Below are positions 61,079 through 64,000 of a stretch of 64,000 bases of DNA, in pieces; position 1 is the stretch's first letter; every line of letters starts with the position of its first letter. The DNA is from Nitrospirales bacterium (GTDB lineage: Bacteria > Nitrospirota > Nitrospiria > Nitrospirales > UBA8639). The notes under the pieces are model-generated. The model made no database searches and was not told where the DNA came from. It saw only the letters and a program-made list of their open reading frames with translations. Location: assembly GCA_963422365.1 (NCBI GenBank), contig OY729426.1, forward strand, positions 992,001 to 1,056,000. Direction: 5' to 3'. Both the position numbers and the translations under genes were made by a program.

Positions 61079-61529
61079 GAATCGCGGAAAGGGCGATGCC
61101 CTGTCTGGCCTGAAAATAGTTTCATGGGGTTCTTTTCAGGTTCTTTTCAGTGAGAAGGATAGGAAACAGGTGTCGTGAGACAGCAAATGCGATTAAAAAA
61201 TGTTCAACGAATATGAAGAGGTTGATGCGGCGGTTACTTGTGTTGTTGTTCCGTGGCCGAGCGCACATGCTCTCAATATGAATTTCAAGATTATCATGGT
61301 TTCGCGGACCCTGCCAAGTGGCAGTTGTGCCTTGGCACATTCGTCCACTTCGAAGGCAGAGAGTCGTATCGAGTGAGGAAGGGCCACGCCTAAAACGCTA
61401 TCGATGTTTTTTTATATGGCGGCAAAACGTCACGCAAATCAACGAGTTATACTTTTTATCGCTTGAAAAATTTTCGAGGTTCCGGTACAGAGAGATAGAA
61501 CACTTCCGACTTGTACGCAGGGGTGCACG

Positions 61530-62840
61530 ATGATCGTTCTCTCCAACATCAAAAAATTATATGACGGGACCTCAAGCACCGTTGCGGCGGTTCATGAAAG
61601 GGTCGATGTGTGGGTTGAAGGGGGCACCATAGAAGCGGTGCACCCGCATGAGGCGCAGCCTTCTCACGGCCAAGGTGTTCGCCGCATTGATTGTTCCGTA
61701 CTCACCGCGACGCCGGGGCTTATCGATTGCCATAGTCATGTCACCGTGTTGGGCATCCGCGATGAAGACTTGGCTGCCGTGAATGGGCCGGCCGGCCTGC
61801 TCTATACGGAGCGGATTCTCTATGCCACGTTGGTCCAGGGCGGGGTCACGACCGTTCGTGACGTGGGAGGCGCCACGCATGTGGTGAAACGATTGGTGGA
61901 TGAAGGGCTCCTCATCGGGCCTCGTTTGAAAATTGCCATTTGCATGTTGTCGACGACCGGCGGCCATGCGGATTTTCGAGGCACGGACCGGTGCCATGAG
62001 ACGGTCTCCCGGTTATGGCCCGCCGGACCCGGTCGTCCCTCGAGTCTCGTAGATGGGCCCTGGGAATGTCGAAAGCGAGTTCGTGAAATCGCCGCGTGTG
62101 GCGGAGACTTGGTAAAAATTTGTACGAGCCCCGGGGTCGTGTCTCCCTCGGATAAATTAGAGCATCGGGATTTCACGCAAGCGGAAATTGAAGCGATTTG
62201 TGACGAAGCCGCAGGTCGCGGCATGATGGTCGCGGCTCATGCCCATAGTCAGCGTGGCATCGAATTGGCCATTGATTGCGGGGTGCATGATATTCAGCAC
62301 ATCTCGTTTCTGAATGACGCCTTAGCGGAAAAAGCCTATGCCAAGGGATGTACGGTGACTCCAACATCATGGATCAATTATGAGCTTCCCCAGGTCGAGG
62401 GCTTCTCTCCTTTTGTCGCTGAGAAAGTGCAACAGGTGGCTCAGGTGCATGCCGAAGCCGTTAGAATTGCGCAGGCGAGTGGTCTGAATATGATCACGGG
62501 GACGGACCCAATCCTTCCCCGTATGCATGGCCGAAATTATATGGAGATGGTCTCGCTGATCAAGGACGGCTTACCTCCCTTGTCGGCGTGGTATAGCGGG
62601 ACTGGGCTCGCTGCCGAGCGCATTGGACAACACGATGCCGGCAAATTACTGCCGGGGTATCGGGCCGACATCCTGCTCAGCCAGGGTGACGTCATTGCAG
62701 AGCCACACTTATTTGATCAGGGGGCGTTAGTGGAAGTGGTAAAAGACGGAATAGGCTATCGCGGCTCCCTAAGCGGAGTTCCGCAGAAAACCTTTCGCTC
62801 AGGGGTACACGATCTGCTCGCAGTTTCCCTTTCCGAATAG
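61530..62840 (+). CDS. Amidohydrolase superfamily protein (Xaa-Pro dipeptidase-like subgroup)
   Basis: PGLIDCHSH, GVTTVRD, TGGHAD, VKI, AAHAH, GTD, GYRAD. Confidence 0.85.
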   Translation: MIVLSNIKKLYDGTSSTVAAVHERVDVWVEGGTIEAVHPHEAQPSHGQGVRRIDCSVLTATPGLIDCHSHVTVLGIRDEDLAAVNGPAGLLYTERILYATLVQGGVTTVRDVGGATHVVKRLVDEGLLIGPRLKIAICMLSTTGGHADFRGTDRCHETVSRLWPAGPGRPSSLVDGPWECRKRVREIAACGGDLVKICTSPGVVSPSDKLEHRDFTQAEIEAICDEAAGRGMMVAAHAHSQRGIELAIDCGVHDIQHISFLNDALAEKAYAKGCTVTPTSWINYELPQVEGFSPFVAEKVQQVAQVHAEAVRIAQASGLNMITGTDPILPRMHGRNYMEMVSLIKDGLPPLSAWYSGTGLAAERIGQHDAGKLLPGYRADILLSQGDVIAEPHLFDQGALVEVVKDGIGYRGSLSGVPQKTFRSGVHDLLAVSLSE

Positions 62841-62857
62841 CCGAATAGAAGAGAGCG

Positions 62858-63436
62858 TCAGGACGGTTGGATTTCCGGTTTGGAGAAGTCTTGCTGAGGG
62901 TCATCTTGCATGTCCACGACGAGGTCTCCCTTCGGCGAGAAAAAGCCTTGCCCATCAATCTGGACAATCCCATTACAGTTCTCTTGAAAGAATTCTAAGA
63001 TCCACCCATTGAAATCATAGCCCTCATCGGTGATATCGTTTTTCAGGATTCGAGTTGCAAAAATAAAGTTGGCTCGCACGACGAATTCTTTCGCCAGCTC
63101 GGCCTCCACATCACCAAAGGCGGACAGGTGCGAGGAAAACCCTATTTGTTCTTGTTCAAAGACGTCTTGATAGGTGCCTGTATTGCGAATGCAAAACAGT
63201 TGAAGCGGTTTTCTTTCACGGTGATACCCGAGAGCCACTTGGACCCATGAATACTCATCGAGCACCTCAGGAGCCATTTGGGGTATGAGGGGTACTTGGC
63301 TTTTTGATTTTAAAAAATCTAACAAAAGGCGGAGAGGGGGAGGGTCCTTTCGTTGGCAAAATACACGGGAATAGAAAAACTCGTTCCCCGCGTCATCAGA
63401 TTTTGTCAGTGAAATGACGGATAATTTTTTTCCCAT
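62858..63436 (-). CDS. Hypothetical protein
   Basis: 192-aa ORF with GAAGGGG RBS and protein-like composition. Confidence 0.75.
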   Translation of the reverse strand: MGKKLSVISLTKSDDAGNEFFYSRVFCQRKDPPPLRLLLDFLKSKSQVPLIPQMAPEVLDEYSWVQVALGYHRERKPLQLFCIRNTGTYQDVFEQEQIGFSSHLSAFGDVEAELAKEFVVRANFIFATRILKNDITDEGYDFNGWILEFFQENCNGIVQIDGQGFFSPKGDLVVDMQDDPQQDFSKPEIQPS

Positions 63437-63730
63437 GGCATACCCCCTTCAATTGGATGACTCAGATTGCATTCACTGTACCGTGGTCGGACCATACGCT
63501 TCAAGGAAACGAATCGATTGTTTAGGTAAAATTCGGTGATGGATCGCATCATGAAAGGGTTTTGTCGTTGACAGGGTCTCATGCTTTCGATAGACTCCGC
63601 TCCACGTTATCGGAGCGGCGTTTGCTGCAGTCAAGACCATTAAGCATTGTAAGATATCTTCCATCTACGCTGATTTGACCGATGTTTTATCCTTCAAACA
63701 TTTTTTTGTTTTGTTGAAGAGGAGCTTCCA

Positions 63731-64000
63731 ATGGCTAAAGCTATGACCAAGTCACAGATCGTCGATCATTTAGCTACGAAGTCTGGAGTGACCAAGAAGA
63801 TCACGAGCGAAATACTCGATAACTTGGCTGCCTTGGCTTATAAAGAATCGAAACACTCTTTTACCGTGCCTGGCCTCGGAAAGTTAGTCCTGTCTCATCG
63901 GAAAGCTCGAACCGGAAGAAATCCCCAAACCGGTGAACCGATCAGGATTCCAGCCAAGAAAGTGGTGAAGTTCAGGGTTGCCAAAGTCGCGAAAGATTCC
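63731..64000 (+). CDS. HU family DNA-binding protein (runs off the window end; absent from the ORF track)
   Basis: MAKAMTKSQIVDHLA..FTVPGLGKL..ARTGRNPQTGEPIRIPAKKVVKFRVAK; GAGGAG RBS. Confidence 0.93.
   Translation, partial: MAKAMTKSQIVDHLATKSGVTKKITSEILDNLAALAYKESKHSFTVPGLGKLVLSHRKARTGRNPQTGEPIRIPAKKVVKFRVAKVAKDS

Noticed and set aside
61079..61529. Glycine riboswitch upstream of gcvP
   Set aside because: No GGAGA..CCGAAG..CTCTCAGG aptamer motifs found on the minus strand.
1..64000. CRISPR array, cas genes, IS transposases, integrases, rRNA
   Set aside because: No regularly spaced direct repeats or recognisable motifs seen.

Overview
This 64 kb window is chromosomal DNA from a nitrite-oxidizing Nitrospirales bacterium, judged from a Tat-exported Nitrospira-type nxrAB pair at 41.7-46.6 kb. 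The backbone is intact housekeeping DNA: rpmB, recG, xth-polA, the pheA-hisC-aroF-tyrA-aroA-cmk-plsC-rpsA-sppA-ihfB superoperon, tRNA-Val(CAC), selO, an ABC exporter, gcvT, gcvP and HU. At least seven accessory genes are decayed (msrB, ppx, phoD-like, M28 peptidase, FIST sensor, proline-racemase family, TPP decarboxylase) and several REP-like palindrome families are present, which suggests ongoing genome erosion, possibly in a host-associated lineage (inference). The most interesting items are: (1) a coupled two-gene cassette of a heme-oxygenase-like diiron oxidase and a MidA-like methyltransferase with a putative PqqD/RRE domain, a candidate new peptide/arginine modification system; (2) a ~2 kb island with a G-run-rich leader, a beta-barrel OMP carrying a ~75-aa loop insertion and an orphan phage tail-fibre chaperone; (3) a receiver domain split by a Rossmann domain, behind a promoter-leader-terminator; (4) a readable sigma-54/IHF/enhancer architecture upstream of nxrA; (5) a partly decayed Gly/Pro/Hyp cluster. 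All family calls come from motif recognition by eye; no searches were run.
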